DNA of 64,000 bases from Salpingoeca rosetta (Eukaryota; Protista; Choanoflagellata). Below the pieces are notes generated by a model that worked only from the letters and a program-made list of their open reading frames with translations, did not search any database and had not been told where the DNA came from. Numbering within the stretch: the stretch's first letter is position 1; the number at the start of each line of letters is the position of its first letter. The stretch spans positions 746,186-810,185 of the forward strand of contig JAWQFM010000030.1 of assembly GCA_033442325.1 (NCBI GenBank), in the 5' to 3' direction. Below, in pieces: positions 1 through 13,831 of this stretch. The translations under genes and the position numbers were made by a program.

Positions 1-1372
1 TTTCTCATCCGGACCGCACTGCGTGACGGGGCGGCACGACTCGGCCTGGCCGTCGACGCGCTTGAAGGTGGCGCCAAGCTCGCACTGGCTGCACACGCGG
101 TCGCTCGTCGGGATGGTGGGCTCGGCCGTCTCCTCCTCGCCGGCGTCGCACGTGGTGACGGGCAGGCAGGGCATGCCCTGGCAGGCCAGAGACAGCCTTG
201 AAGGTGCCATCCAGGCACTTGTCGCAGACACGGTCGCTGATGAGGAGGGTCATCGCCTGCACCTCCTCAAACCCGGGCGCGCACTCTGTGACGTCCATGC
301 ACGAGGGTGGCGGGGTCGCTGTCGTGATGGTCGTGGTGGGTGCCAGCGCGGCAGGTGAAGCTGGAGCAGGACCCGTGGGAGCCCGCCTCCGTGTAGAGGC
401 CAGCGGGGCACATCTGGCAACCCGTGGAGCCGTCACTGTCTGTGTCGATGGCGCCGGCCGGGCAGTCGCGGCGCACGCGGTCCGAGGAGTAGTGGGTTGG
501 CGCGGAGATCTCCTCCTGGCCGCGCTCGCACTCCTCAATGGCCTCGCACTTGCTGCCGCCAATGGATGCGGAGAACTCCGTCACGCCGTCGCATGGTCGA
601 CAGTCGGCCGAGTCGGCGTCGTAGACAAGCATGAAGCCAGCACTGCACTCGCACGTGTCTGTGCAGCCTGGGCAGGAGCGGCGTGCCTCATAGGCGTCCA
701 TCTGGCGAGTGTTGCGGATGCCATCCTCGCCCTGGCCGGAGCAGCACACGTCAAGCACCACGTCGAGCTGCTCGTCCGTGGGCTCAGCGCACACCATCTC
801 CTCAAACAGTTGCGTGATGAGCTTGTTGCAGGTGAGCGTGTCGCAGGAGCACAGGCGGTCTGTGGTGAGCGGGGGCGGGATGGTCTCGATGAAGGGCTCC
901 TCGCACACGCTGGTGGGGAAGCACGAGGCGCGGTCCGGCAGCGGCTGGTACTCCATGCCAAAGGGTGCAGCTCACGCACGCGCGGTGGTCGCGCACGGCG
1001 TTGCCAGAGACAGACAAACTCCTTCTGGGCCTGTCCTGCACTCGGTCCACGGAGAGCAGACGGCGTCGTAGGACGCGGAGCATGGGGCAGAGGCCCAGGT
1101 GCCCATGCACCACGTGTGGCATGGCACGCAGCGGTGGTCCTTGGCGTAGTAGCCAGCCGAGAGGGCAATGGGCAATGCGCAACTGGTGAGGTTGCTGTCG
1201 CAGAGGAGGCAGTCGGTGGCGTCCGGTGGGGTAGCACTTGGCACACGCGTGGAATGGCATTCGGCACACCCGTTGGCCGAGCTCATGCCCGCCATCGGGG
1301 CACTCGCTGATGCAGGGGCCGTTACTGGAGGTGAGGCTTGGGTCCACAGGCCGTGCACCCATCGATGCCTAG
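1..1372 (-). CDS. Cys-rich repeat surface protein (TNFR-Cys / GCC2-GCC3 ephrin-receptor-like repeats); partial and frame-disrupted, possibly a pseudogene
   Basis: Minus-strand translations give repeats such as CQMCPAGLYTEAGSHGSC, CECSAGFMLVY, CRPCDGVTEFS, CDKCLDGTFKA and DAVCSPWTEC, spread over several frames. The gene runs off the window start. Confidence 0.6.
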
Positions 1373-1654
1373 AGAGGGAGGGTGTGGAGGTGGAGGGGAA
1401 CATGGGGTGAGAGGCAATAATGACAACACTGTTGTGAGTATCGAGGAACCTTGCACCGCTTCATCATCTCAAAGGACACAAAACTCAGAAGAGCCTTTGA
1501 GGACAAGCGCACGAGCACATACACAGACACACACAGACACACACAGACACACACACACACACAGACACACAGACACACAGACACACAGACACACAGACAC
1601 ACACACACACACACACACACACAAAGCCAGCATTAGTCAACATACCATTGGCCC

Positions 1655-2122
1655 GTGATGAATTATCCTTGAGGACCCGCCGCACGGTGTTGTGCATCGT
1701 GTTGATTGTTGTGCGGTTGTGCTGCACAGCCTGCGCCAAGTTGCCGTTTGTGGTGAAGCATGTATCCCCGAGCTCCATATCTGCGCCACCGCTCAGCGTC
1801 TTCGCGACGGCATCGACGGGGTCGTGGGCGTACGTGTTGGCGTTGACCATGTCTTGCAAATTGCACAGCAGTCTGTTCCAATCGTCACCATGTCACGCTT
1901 CCACTGCCCGCGCACGACGTCTTTGAGCAGCATGTTGTTCGCACACGAGGGCACGCCGTTGATGCTGGCGTACGAGCACATGGCAGCGAGTGCCCGCGCC
2001 TGTACTGCACATGGCAGAGAGGAGTGGGATGAAGACGAGGAAGTGGGAGGTGAGGGGGATGGCGCAGGAATGGTGGCGTGGACGAACTGACAAGAAATGC
2101 CTGATGCGAGGTGCACGAGCTG

Positions 2123-2155
<33 letters not shown>

Positions 2156-2480
2156 TACACACACACACACACACACCTCGGTGTCCCAGAGGTCAAAGAT
2201 GGAAATGTTCCGGTTGAATGCCACGCGGTTGTCTCGACCGAGTGCGCGTCAACGTGTCTGAGACCTAAAACGCGATGGAGTGGTGACAGCAGTGTGAATG
2301 ACACGACCGCCATCAAGTGCAAAAGAGGAGGCGTTGCTGACACGGTTGCGAGCGTTTGCATACACGCATGTGTGTGAGTGTGGATGCGTGTGCGTACCTG
2401 CTGCCATTTTCTTGTACTTCTTGTCTGGGCCGTCCTGGCAGCCGGCCACGTAAGCAGCAGCGTACTCGCCGCTCAAGCAG
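1655..2480 (-). pseudogene. Glycoside hydrolase family 3 (beta-xylosidase/beta-glucosidase) exons with apparent frameshifts
   Basis: GH3 motifs: SGEYAAAYVAGCQ..KYKKMAA, FNRNISIFDLWDT, MCSYASINGVPSCANNMLLKDVVRGQW..TDCCAI and DAVAKTLSGGADMELG. Frames shift within exons, and introns contain (GT)n. Confidence 0.75.
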
Positions 2481-2828
2481 AGATCTCAGAGGTTGAGAGG
2501 GGTGCAGTGAAGGCGAGGGCGTGGGCCTGCAAAGTGAGTGAGTGGTTGAGTGAGTGTGGGGTGTGAAGGGAGTTGGGGGGCAATGCGTGGAACTGTGATG
2601 GAGTGATCGCATACGTGTGAGATGTGCACCAGCATCACGTGATGAAGGGGGCACCTGTGAGTCTGATCTTCTGCAAGACGCCGCTGCCCCTGTGCCAGTT
2701 GAGATTGTTGAAGGCGCGCGTCTCCGTGGATATGACCTGGAAGCGAAGAACCGGTGGGTGGGGGACGAGGAGGGAGGGAATGAACGACATGAGATTTGAT
2801 CAAGGAGAAGCCGACAGAGCAGACGTAG

Positions 2829-2894
<66 letters not shown>

Positions 2895-3169
2895 GGTTGA
2901 AGGCTGCGCCAAGACCTGTGGGGCCAATGAAGGTGGGTGGCACACGTGTCCTGGTTGATGATGCACGCAGAGGCAACGGCCGTGTTCGTCTCCACCAGAT
3001 GCAGACACGGCGTGATGTCGAGCCTGCAATCCATGCACACACACACACACACACACATGTGAGCATGAAGAAGGGGGTGGTGTTGCTGTGAGCAGTGGTG
3101 GTGGCGGTTGATGCCGCTGTGGCACGAAGAAGTGGGGGGGGGGGGGGGAAACACAAGCAGGCAGAGTCA

Positions 3170-3826
3170 CAAGTCACTGCGTGGGCGCTACATGTCCTTT
3201 CCCACCTCTTGACGCCGTAGTCGAGGAAGGCGCATGGGCTGGTGACGGGATCGGGGCCAACGAGACCGGCCTTCTCCTTGAAGACTGAGGCGTCCAATGA
3301 GGTCGTCAAGGCGGGCACCGATGGGACAGACTCGTGTTGCAGAAACGGCAACTCCTTTTGTTCGCTGCAGGCAGGCACACATGGTCCTGACGAGGCAAGG
3401 TGCCGACATCAGTCACGTATGANNNNNNNNNNNNNNNNNNNNNNNNNNNNNNNNNNNNNNNNNNNNNNNNNNNNNNNNNNNNNNNNNNNNNNNNNNNNNN
3501 NNNNNNNNNNNNNNNNNNNNNNTCTTTTTTCTTTCCTTTTAATTTCTTAATCCTTTCCGCACGTGTGATGTCTATATTCTGGATCTGAGATTAGTGGATC
3601 TTTCTGTAAATTCTACGGTAAGCGGGTTCATTGATATTCGATTCCCCCATTTTCTGTGTTTTTCGCCGTTGATGTGTTTCTTATTCTGGGGTTTATATAT
3701 TGTAAAAATAAACCCAACGAGTCTTTTCCTCTGGCGGGGGTAATTGCTGTTCTATTTTACTATTTTCTCACCCAGACACACACACAGGCGCACACACAGA
3801 CACACACACACACACACACAGACACA

Positions 3827-3876
<50 letters not shown>

Positions 3877-4151
3877 GCCGAGACTGCGCGGTGGAATTCA
3901 GCTTGGGTGTTCGCAGAAGAAGCATTGGTAGCCGTACTCAACGGCGCTTGAGTGAAAAAGTTGAAGGTGTAGCAGAGCGTGGCACACGCCTCACGCGTCA
4001 TGGACGTCTGCGCCATGTTGCCAGCAAACGCAAACGTTCGATTGTCAGCGCGGTGTGTGCAAGTGTGCGAGTGTGTGTGTATGGAGGGGGGGGGGAGAAG
4101 TGTTGGTAGGTGAGAGCAGCGATGGGAGGAGGGGATGGGCACGCAAGCCGC

Positions 4152-4224
<73 letters not shown>

Positions 4225-4345
4225 TCATCTTGGTGCACTGGACGTGAGCTTGAGACGACGCTCGCCACGGTGGCTGAACAGCACACACAGCACACCGCCA
4301 CCAACCACAGCAGCGCTGTCACTGCCGTTGCACGCAGCGCATCTT
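3170..4345 (-). CDS. Probable 5' exons of the GH3 gene (signal peptide, WSC-like segment, LPFxxxSxP GH3 N-terminal segment)
   Basis: Hydrophobic ATAVTALLWLVAVCCVCCSATVAS; WSC-like SMTREACATLCYTFNF; ELPFLQHESVPS..LTTSL..KEKAGL. Interrupted by the gap at 3423-3522. Confidence 0.4.
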
Positions 4346-4744
4346 CCTTCTTGTCTTCTTCCCCACACAAAACACAAACACAAACAGAATTGTGCCGAGT
4401 CAGCACTTTCTACTTTGTTGTTGAAAGGGTTCACTGCTGCGTGATGGAAGGCAGACGCACAAGCACGCACAGGCACAGACATGCACAAGCACGCACACGC
4501 AGGGGCGAACGGCTTGATGGAGCAGTGCTCTGCGTGGAGGAACGAAAGGGAAGGGGGTAACAACTGCTGTGCTGCTTGCGACCGGGACAAAAGCACGACA
4601 AGTGCACGGCAAGCCAGCCAGCAGCCCAGCCAGCAGGCAGTGAACAGCCGCAAACAAGTCTCCTTCTTGGCCGTTGCATACACATGTGTGACACCAGCCA
4701 CAAACACTGTCAGTCAGCCCACCGTCTGGCAACAGCATCCAAGA

Positions 4745-5315
4745 TGCACTCGGCAAAGGCACTGGCAACTTGCGATTGGGGGTTTGTGGCGTCGTTACCA
4801 GCACCGGCCTCATCCACGGCATCCCTCTGATGCAACTCCCACCACCTCTGTGCTCATCATCAGCCCATCAACAACAGCAACAGCAACAACAGCAACAGCA
4901 ACAACAGCAGTGGTTGACACGACCACCATCAACAGTCTGCAAACCGGTTGAGCCATGTGGGCACTGCAGACGGCGTGCTGGCTGTCTCACAACACCCTCC
5001 TCTACGGGTCTGACCACTGATCGCAGCACGAGCACAACAGACACCACCACGCTTGATGAACTGCTGCAGGGCGGATGCAAGTGGATCAGCGGCGTGGCTG
5101 TGGACAATGGGCTTTTCCTGCCACGGCATTCCATGCAACTCGCCATCCATCCTCATCGTCGATACAGCCGCAAGTGGGGTGGACACAACCATGCTGTCCG
5201 TTCCAGAAGTGGTATGGTGGTGGGTGTTGGCTGGCAACGATTTGCTGTGTCGCATGCCCTTGCTCGTCCATCACCTGCTCCTCGTCAATCTGCGGCACTG
5301 ACACAGGTAGGCGTG

Positions 5316-5369
<54 letters not shown>

Positions 5370-6225
5370 GGAAGAGAAGTGAATATTGGGTTGGCACGCA
5401 CCATGTGCGACTGCTGATGCTTACACGCTTCACCACTCCTGTCTGTTCCATCTCATCACACCACTTCAGTGAATTCCACCACCGTGACGGCCTCGGTGTG
5501 TCCATGCCACTCTTCTCCATGGTGACATTCATTCATTCACACCGGAGCAGCGACGCGTTCCGCCCGCACAAACAGGAAATACCTCGTCACCTTCAGGTCT
5601 GTGCATGCATGCATGCGTGTTGTGACGTGGTGCGATGTTAGGTTCGATGTTCACTACTGCTGCTGCTTGGGTTTTGAGAGGTTGGTGTCGCTCACTGCAC
5701 CACTGCTCGCCCTTCTTGTAACCGCTGCAATCTCACTCCAAACCTGTTGTGGTGCCACTGCTTGACATGTGTCTTCTTTCCCTGTTGTGCAGACGCACTA
5801 TCAAGTCTGCTCATTCTGATGCCATGCGCAACCGCCTCCCCAAGCTGCACAACGGTAGGTGTGGTGTGCTACGCGTGCGATGTGTTGTGTGCTACTGCGT
5901 TCCCTTGTGTGTTGTGTGTTGCCTCGGAGTTAGCTGGTTTTGGTACAGTGTGCGTGTCTGTCTGGATCCACCTCACACACACACACACGCACACACATCG
6001 TCTCTTTGTATGTTTGCTTGTATATGCGCAGGGACATTGTGCTGGTGTGCGCGTGCCGGTGGTTTGGCAAAGAGCGCATGGGTCGTGAGGGCGAAGGTTG
6101 GGTATGACCCGTCGTGCAAGCAGGCAGAGGAAGAGTTCAACAAGTACACGTACACGGAGCTGGCGCTGGAGACCAAGTTTGGGCTCATCGTGGAAGGACT
6201 TGGCAACCACTCCTTCAGGTGTGTG

Positions 6226-6305
<80 letters not shown>

Positions 6306-6752
6306 GCGGACGATTTCGGTCCTGTTTGGGGTCTTGCCCACCTTCCATCTCCTGTCACACCCTTTCATGCCGCATAGATCATGGCTGCGGGTGCCATCCC
6401 CGTCATTGTCGTCGATCACTACGTGCTGGTGCGTATGGATGGATTGTACATTGTGTGTGTGTGTGTGTGCGTGTGTGTGTGTGTGCGTGTGTGTGTGTTT
6501 CTTGTGTGTCACATCACTGTGCGGATGTACCCCTCCCGTCGCTCATGGCGCTGTGGTGTGATGTTCTGGCGTTTGCTTTTTGCGCGCTTGCAGCCCTACC
6601 AGGACCTGCTGGACTGGGAGACGTTCAGCATTCGCATTCCCCGATCACAGGCTTCTCGGGGTGCGGTGACAGATCGGTGATATGGGAATGTGAAGCGATG
6701 CGTGAGGGGTGATGTGCTTTGATGGTTTTGTGTTTGGTGATGGCTTACATGT

Positions 6753-6825
<73 letters not shown>

Positions 6826-7180
6826 ACATACACACACACACACACACAACTGTGTTCAGCTTCCGAGGATCCTGCAGTCGATCCCTGATGAGGTGGTGGA
6901 GATGATGCAGAGACGCGTTGTGTTTGTGTTTGAGGAGTTCTTCAAGTCCATCTCCACCCAAGTGCACACAGGTGAGGGAGTGTGTTGTTGGGACAGGGGG
7001 CTGTGCAGTGAATGTGGGGAGTATGGTTTGGTGTGTGCGTGGCTCACTTGTTCTCGTGTCCGTTCAACCACTCTCACCATCTGCCACTCGTGTGTCTTGA
7101 CTTGAATGTGCTATTTGCTACTGTCAGCACTGGAGTCTGCCAGGATCAACCTGTTCAGCGGCGACAACGCGTGGCAGGTG
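4745..7180 (+). CDS. Exostosin-family (GT47) glycosyltransferase, multi-exon; boundaries approximate
   Basis: Exons translate to YTYTELALETKFGLIVEGLGNHSFR, IMAAGAIPVIVVDHYVL, PYQDLLDWETFSIRIP and LPRILQSIPDEVVEMMQRRVVFVFEEFF, typical of an exostosin C-terminal region. Introns are GT-AG with (GT)n. Confidence 0.8.
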
Positions 7181-9085
7181 TGCATGTGTGTGAGTGTGTG
7201 TGTTGACGTGCGTGTTCTCTTCTCCACCCATCCACACGCCATCATCACCTCCTCATTTGCTTGTGTGTTTGCTCACATCCTTCCCATCCTCACCACCACC
7301 ACCACCCTCCACGCTTGTTTTTCCTTCCTTTCGGCTGTCACAACACAGAGGGCCCTTGAGCCAGCAGCTGTCACCCCACCTCCCCCTCCACCAAGCACCA
7401 CTGCTCTGGTGGGATGAACACACGGGCGCTGCCATGTGATGACCATCCAGCCACCCTTGTGCGGCTGCGGAAGCAGCAACACCAACACACACCACAAACA
7501 AACAAGCGAGCGATGAGCAATGTGAGTGCATCACAGCATGTGTGTATGATGCGCACAGCATCACTGCGCGTGTTTTGTGCTCGTTGTCTCTGCTGCTCCT
7601 GTCTCCCCTTGTTGTCCCACATCAATGTGCATGCATGTGTGTGGTGGCTGTCTGTATTGCCTTGCTTGATGCAGTGTCTCATTCGTCCTCTCATACACAA
7701 CTGCTTGCACACCTGCACATTCTCCAACTTGCAGCCGCTGCTTATATTCCCCTCTCTTTCTCGCCCTCCCTGACGGCCATCACAACAACAACAACAGCAG
7801 CACCAGCCAACGCACCCTCCACCGCCGATGCAGCAGCAGCAGCGCCACCACCACCACTTGCTGCTGAACACATCCCTCCAACCAACCAACCAACCAACCA
7901 ACCCATCGCCCGCTGCTTGCAGCTGCAGATGCGACAGCACAAGTTGCATTTTCGGCTGGAAGCGGCAGCAGCAGAGGTGAGGGAAGGCGAAGATATGTGT
8001 TGGCTGGATGGATGGATGAGGTGGGGTGGGGTGGGGTGGGGGATGCTGGGTGAGTGTGGTGTGGTGTGGTGTGGCTGGCTGGCTGATGACAGAGGACGGT
8101 AGTGCCTAAGATGGTGGTGGTGTGAGGAAGAGTGATGGATGGGGTGCAGCATGTCTTGTTCCTTCCCTTCTGTTTTCTTTTTCTCTCCCTCTTCCCTTTC
8201 TTCTCCTTCACACACATGCACGCAAAGCATCTGCAGCAGTGGCTGCAGCAGTGTAGCTGCACACATATCCATGCTCCCTCTTCCCTTCCACTCACTCGCC
8301 ATGCTGGTGCTCGCACACAAACACACTTACAGGCGATGCACACTCGCAAGCAGCAGGATGAGGGAAATGTCAAGGATACTTGCCACGGGTGCCAGCTGCA
8401 CTCGCCTCACACATGGTATGTGGGTGGTGATGAGTGATTGGTTGGTTGGTTGTGTGATGGGCTGGTGGTGTGATGTGGTGTGGTGAAGCGAACAAGGGAA
8501 GGGGGTTGATGGAGATGATGGTCACGCACCGACACGCACACACACACACATATGCACAGGTGGTGCGTGATGTCAATCACTCGTTCCGCTGTGCTGACGT
8601 GATGGCTTGCTGTCTGCTTGTTTGTGTTCTGTTCCCATCCACGTTCCCTGCAACCACGCACACATGCACAGGTGGTGAGGTACCAGCACACATCAGGATG
8701 TTGATGGAAGTGGGCTCGCATGCCGGCTGCTGCTGCTGCAACTCCCCTCGATTCGGCTGCCACTGCTGTGTTCATGCAGTGTTCCCATATGCGTGAGCAA
8801 GGTGAGCCCATCATGGATGCTTTGGTTGGCACATGGTGCATGTGTTGCTGTTGTTGCTGAGGGTGTTTGGTGTTGCTGCTGTTGTGCTTCATGCAGCAGT
8901 GTACCTGTGCAGCTCACATGCCATGTGTGTGTGTGTGTGTGCTTGTGGCTGCAGGGAGCGACTGCCTGAGGATCGTTGGAGGATGATGGGCGGGTGCACA
9001 CATGATGGGTTGGGAGCAGCAGCTGTGGACACACACGTCCATGGTCATGGTGGGCACATCCAACCACAGCGACGCAATCATGTGC

Positions 9086-9141
<56 letters not shown>

Positions 9142-12100
9142 TGGGACGAGGAGGAGGAAAGCAGAGGAGGGTCAGGAAGGTGAACACGTCTGCTGTGCTC
9201 ACATGCCATACCTGTGTGTTGTGTGTGACGATGTCGTCGTGTCTTGTCGTTGTGTGTTGGTTGCATGGGCGCCAGGGCCACATCAGAGGAGGGGGAAGAA
9301 GCCGCCATGAACGACCCCATCATCATCAACCCTTCCCCATTTCTCTCTCCTTTTCCTCTCTTCCACCTCAGCTCGGCCGTCACCGTCATCGCCATCGCCA
9401 TTGACTGCACAGCCGCCATCACACTCCAGCCGACACCAGCCCCAATCTGGCGTGAGGCAGATATTGCACATGTCAGTCGCTCTGACGAAGAGGTGAGCAA
9501 TGTGCGTGTGTGTGTGTGTGCATGGTGGTGAGTGGGACAACATGCGTGCGTGTGGTTGGGTGTCAATGCGGGCGGTTGGATGAGGCTGGCGTGCGGTTGA
9601 TGATGCTTCGCTGTCAACCTCACCCCCCCTGCATTCTTCCCATCTTGTGTGCGTGCACACACATTTGACAGCGTTGAGGAGGCGCATGAAGCGGTGGAAC
9701 CAACGACGATGAAGATGACGAGTGATGAAGGTGAGAAGGGCGACTGAGATGTGTGTGTGCGTGTGTTGGTTGGCATGTGATGTTTCCTTCTTCGCTTCCC
9801 TCTTTCCTTGTCTGTTCTGTCCACTCATGTGTCTTTCTTTTTCCCCCTTTTTTTTCGATTGATTTGGACACAGGGCCATGCATCCGTCTCCATCTATCCA
9901 ACCGACCAACCAAGCAGCCGAGCGAGCGAGCAAAGGACACGGCATGGCAAGGGGCCGTTTGTTTTCACCGTTTCCACCAGCAGCAACAACAGCAGCAACA
10001 GCCGATGTCTGGCTGCATTGTGGATGAACTGGCCCTCTGTATCTCGTCCACCTCCCCCTCGTCCTCGTCGTCATTGGTCGCCAACAGCAGCGGCTGCGGC
10101 CATGGATGTGGAGGTGAGATGAATGGGTGGGGGTTGAGGTGATGTGGTTGGTGTGTGTGATGTGTTGGGTGTGAGCATCAGCATGTACATGTGCGTGATT
10201 GATTGTGATGTGTTGGTTGGATGTCATTGGGTCTGCTGGTGCTGGCAACGGGTGTTGTTGTCGTTGACAGCCTGATTCTGTGACAACTCACCTCTTTCTT
10301 CACACGCACACGTACAGGGTGTGATGTACGTCGGTGTGCCGTTGCCTCGCATGACGACGACGCTGGTGGTGGTGAGTGTTTGTGGTGGATGTAGACGGCA
10401 CACACACACGCATGTGCAGGTGTGATGCTTGTGGTGGTGGTGATGTGGTGTCTGTGTGTGGGGATGTGAATTGTGCGTGCACAGGTGGTGATTTGAGTGA
10501 TGCGAATGTGACAAAGGAGGTGGATGTGGTTTGTTTCTGCCATGCAGGCTCACTTTGTCGTGACATTCTTGCTGATTTGATTGTTTGTGCTTGCGCATGT
10601 GTGCATGTGTGAGATTTTGCACAGGACAGTGGCCGTTCTCTTCCCAACCCCTCATGACACGACCAGGGCAATACACGCACACACAAATGTGAGAGAGAAG
10701 AAGGCGCAAGGTGAGACGCTGCCGCTGTGTGTGTGTGTGTGTGTGTGATGATGGGGTGGTAGTACACATTCGCATGCACATACGCACGCACGTACACGCA
10801 TGTACACATGTGTGCCAACACATCAGAGCAGACATTGGCTGTGGGGTGGTTGCACTGACGTGTGTCTCACATGAATCAATCACACAACTCAAATGTGCGT
10901 GTGCGTGTGTGTGTGGCTGCAGGCGGACGTGTGCGGGTTTCCCCAACCGAATCCCCTTCTTCTTTTCCCAACCAATCGCCTTTGCTCTGTGTCATCATCA
11001 TCATCAGCCTTCACCATGCGATGTGGTGCTGTTGAGGCGTGATCGAGACAGCGGCCAACACAGGTATTGCAGCAGTGGTGGATGTGGCGGTGGTGGTGAC
11101 ATCGTGTGCCTGCTTGCTTGCTTGCCTGGTGGGTGCTTGCTTCGTTGTTCTTGTGTGCATCTGGTTCACCCGCCCACAACAAACTGCATATTCCCATGCG
11201 TGGTCCTTTGTGTCCCTCCTTTCGTGTTCTCACCATCGCCGGTCATTGTTGTTCGTCTCTGGTTGGTTTCTCCTTGCCTCACAGACATACACGCAGGCAG
11301 GCTAGCTCGCTGCTGCTACCACTGGTGCTGCTGTGATGATGGCTGTGCGTGTGCATGTGCGCTGTGCACCATGTTTGGGACTGCACGGATGAAGACAAGG
11401 AAGGACACGGCCCGTGCCCGCTAATCTTCCCCCTTCATCTCCTCTTTCTGCTCCATCAGCGATGACGATGGTGGCCGTGACATGTGATTGCGCTTCCCTT
11501 TTGTTCTGGCTTCGCTGTGACACATCGGCTGGCTGGCTGGCTGCATCAAGCACAGGTGAGGATGATCGTTGGCGGTTGGTTGGTTGGTTGGTGGGCTGTG
11601 TTGTGTGGAGTGGTGGGAAGCAGGGGGGGAGGGACGTGACACGGTGATGGTGGTGGTGAGGCGATGCGGGAGTGCAGAGCGAAAGGAGGGAGAGGGAAGG
11701 GAAGTGATAGGAGGGCGATGATGTTGGTTGAGGGATGGGGAGTGCGTATGCACATGCACGTGATGTCATGTGGTGGTAATATCACATGACAATGACACAC
11801 ACATCAGTGGCTCATTCCTTTTGCTTGTACCTGTGATTGTGTGGTTGTGATGATGACTGCAGCAGGCAACACACGGCGGTTGATGCTGGATTGGATTGGC
11901 TGGGGTTGACTGGCCGTCGTGTCGTGTCGCCCATTCCTCTCCCTCCGTTGCTCATCTCAACTGGGAACACACAGCGATGTGTGTGCATGTGTGCGTGTGT
12001 GCATGTGTGTGCATCGCCATCAACCACGCCGACTGCAACACGATGCACGAGGTGAGGGCACGAAATGGTGTGTTGTTGGTGGAAGGGGGTTGAGGGAAAG

Positions 12101-13831
12101 TGGGAGGAAGGCGTTCATCATGGCCATTATCACCACCACGGCTGTACACCTGGCCATGTGACCGTGCATTTGGAGGATGGAGATGAGGGGAGAGATGTTG
12201 TCGTTGTGGTTGTGGTGGTTGTGTTTTGCATTGTTGTGCATGCGTGTGCATGGTGCATCGTCTCACTCTGCAATGCCATGTCTGACTCTGTGTGTGTGTG
12301 TGTGTGACTGCAGATGCGCGTGCGCGTGTGCGCATATGTCAAGCAGATGCGTTGATCGACGACGAGGTGTGTGTGTGTGTGTGTGTGTGTGATTGGGGTT
12401 GACCTTTGTGTCCTTGTGCCATCACATACAACGCACAACACCAAGCACACATCATCACCATTGCACGCCCATGTGTTGTTGTTGTCCACTCATGCATGGC
12501 ATGCTCACATCCACCGCCCTTCCCTTGCTTCTTCTCCTTCTTCCTCCTCCCTGCTGCTGCCACCCCTTCCACTGTTTCCCTCCACCCCCTTTTCACACGC
12601 ACAGACAGAGGAACCCATCCACATCCAACACCCATGCCCAAACCCACACCCACACGCATGCCACGCCATTGCGAGCTGTGCCACCTCAACCAACCTAACT
12701 CAACCAAGGCCAAGGAAGAGGATGGAGGGAAAGCAAGGACAGAAGACGTTATGCTCCCAACAGATGTGTGTTTGTGTGTGTTGATGGACGGTGTCCTCCT
12801 TCCCCCCCCCCCCCCTCTATCGCCTCGTCTATTGCTTCCATGGCAATCTGGCTAGGTGGCTGTTGCCCTCCCTCCCTTTGTTTGTTTTCTCTTCCAGCCC
12901 TTTGTGGCTGTTGGTTGTTTGTTGTGACTGTGAGGAGGAGGAGGGAGGAGGAAGCGAAGAAGAGAGGAGAGGAGAGAAGAGGAGGGGATGCATGCTGTGC
13001 ACAGCTGTGTGTGTGTGTGTGTGTGTGTTTGTTTCTTCTTCTTTTCCATCCCCCTTTCTTCTCCCCTTCTCCCTGCCCTTCCTCAGCCTGCAAGGCCTGT
13101 GAGCCTGCGTTGCATTCACACACACAGTGCTGTTCCCCTTCTTCTTCTTCTTCTTGTCTCATTGAAACCAACCAACCAAACAACCAAGTAGAGCACGCAA
13201 GTCCGCCCTTCAACAAGCAAACGCAGAAAGCAAACAGCATAAGTTGCTGCACAAACGCAGCAGTGGGCGATTATTTGTGGCATCTTCCACAAATCGCCCA
13301 AACACGAAACAACAAGACCAAACACACAAACAAACAAGCAACAAGCGAAACGCGAATCAAGGTGCGTGTATGCTTGAGTGGGAGGTGGTGGGTTGCGTTG
13401 TTCGAGTGCGTGGCTGGCGTAGGGTTGGTGGAGACGGGGGAGAGGGTGCGCGTTGTGACGGGCACTCACTGGCGGTTCTGTTGTGGGTGGTCTCGTTTGG
13501 TTCCGTGGATTGTGTCGGGTGTGGTGGGTGATGGTGTGATGGTGCACAGGTGCAAGCAGAGAACACGCACAGCAGCGGCCACACCATGGATGTGTGCAGG
13601 GCCAAAGGCATGCAACGCCTTGCCCACGGTCGGTGAGGCTGACATATGTGCTGCACAGGCCCATGGCACGCTGGCACCGTGAGTTTGGGCGAATTCTGTC
13701 AATTGGTTTGACCGCTGTGTGGGTGCGTGTGTGTTTGTGTGTGTGTTGTGGAGGAGGGAGAGAGTGGGACGTGGCTGCGGTGAGTGTTGTGACATGATCT
13801 CACACGTACTCCTGCTGCCGTGGATGTATCT

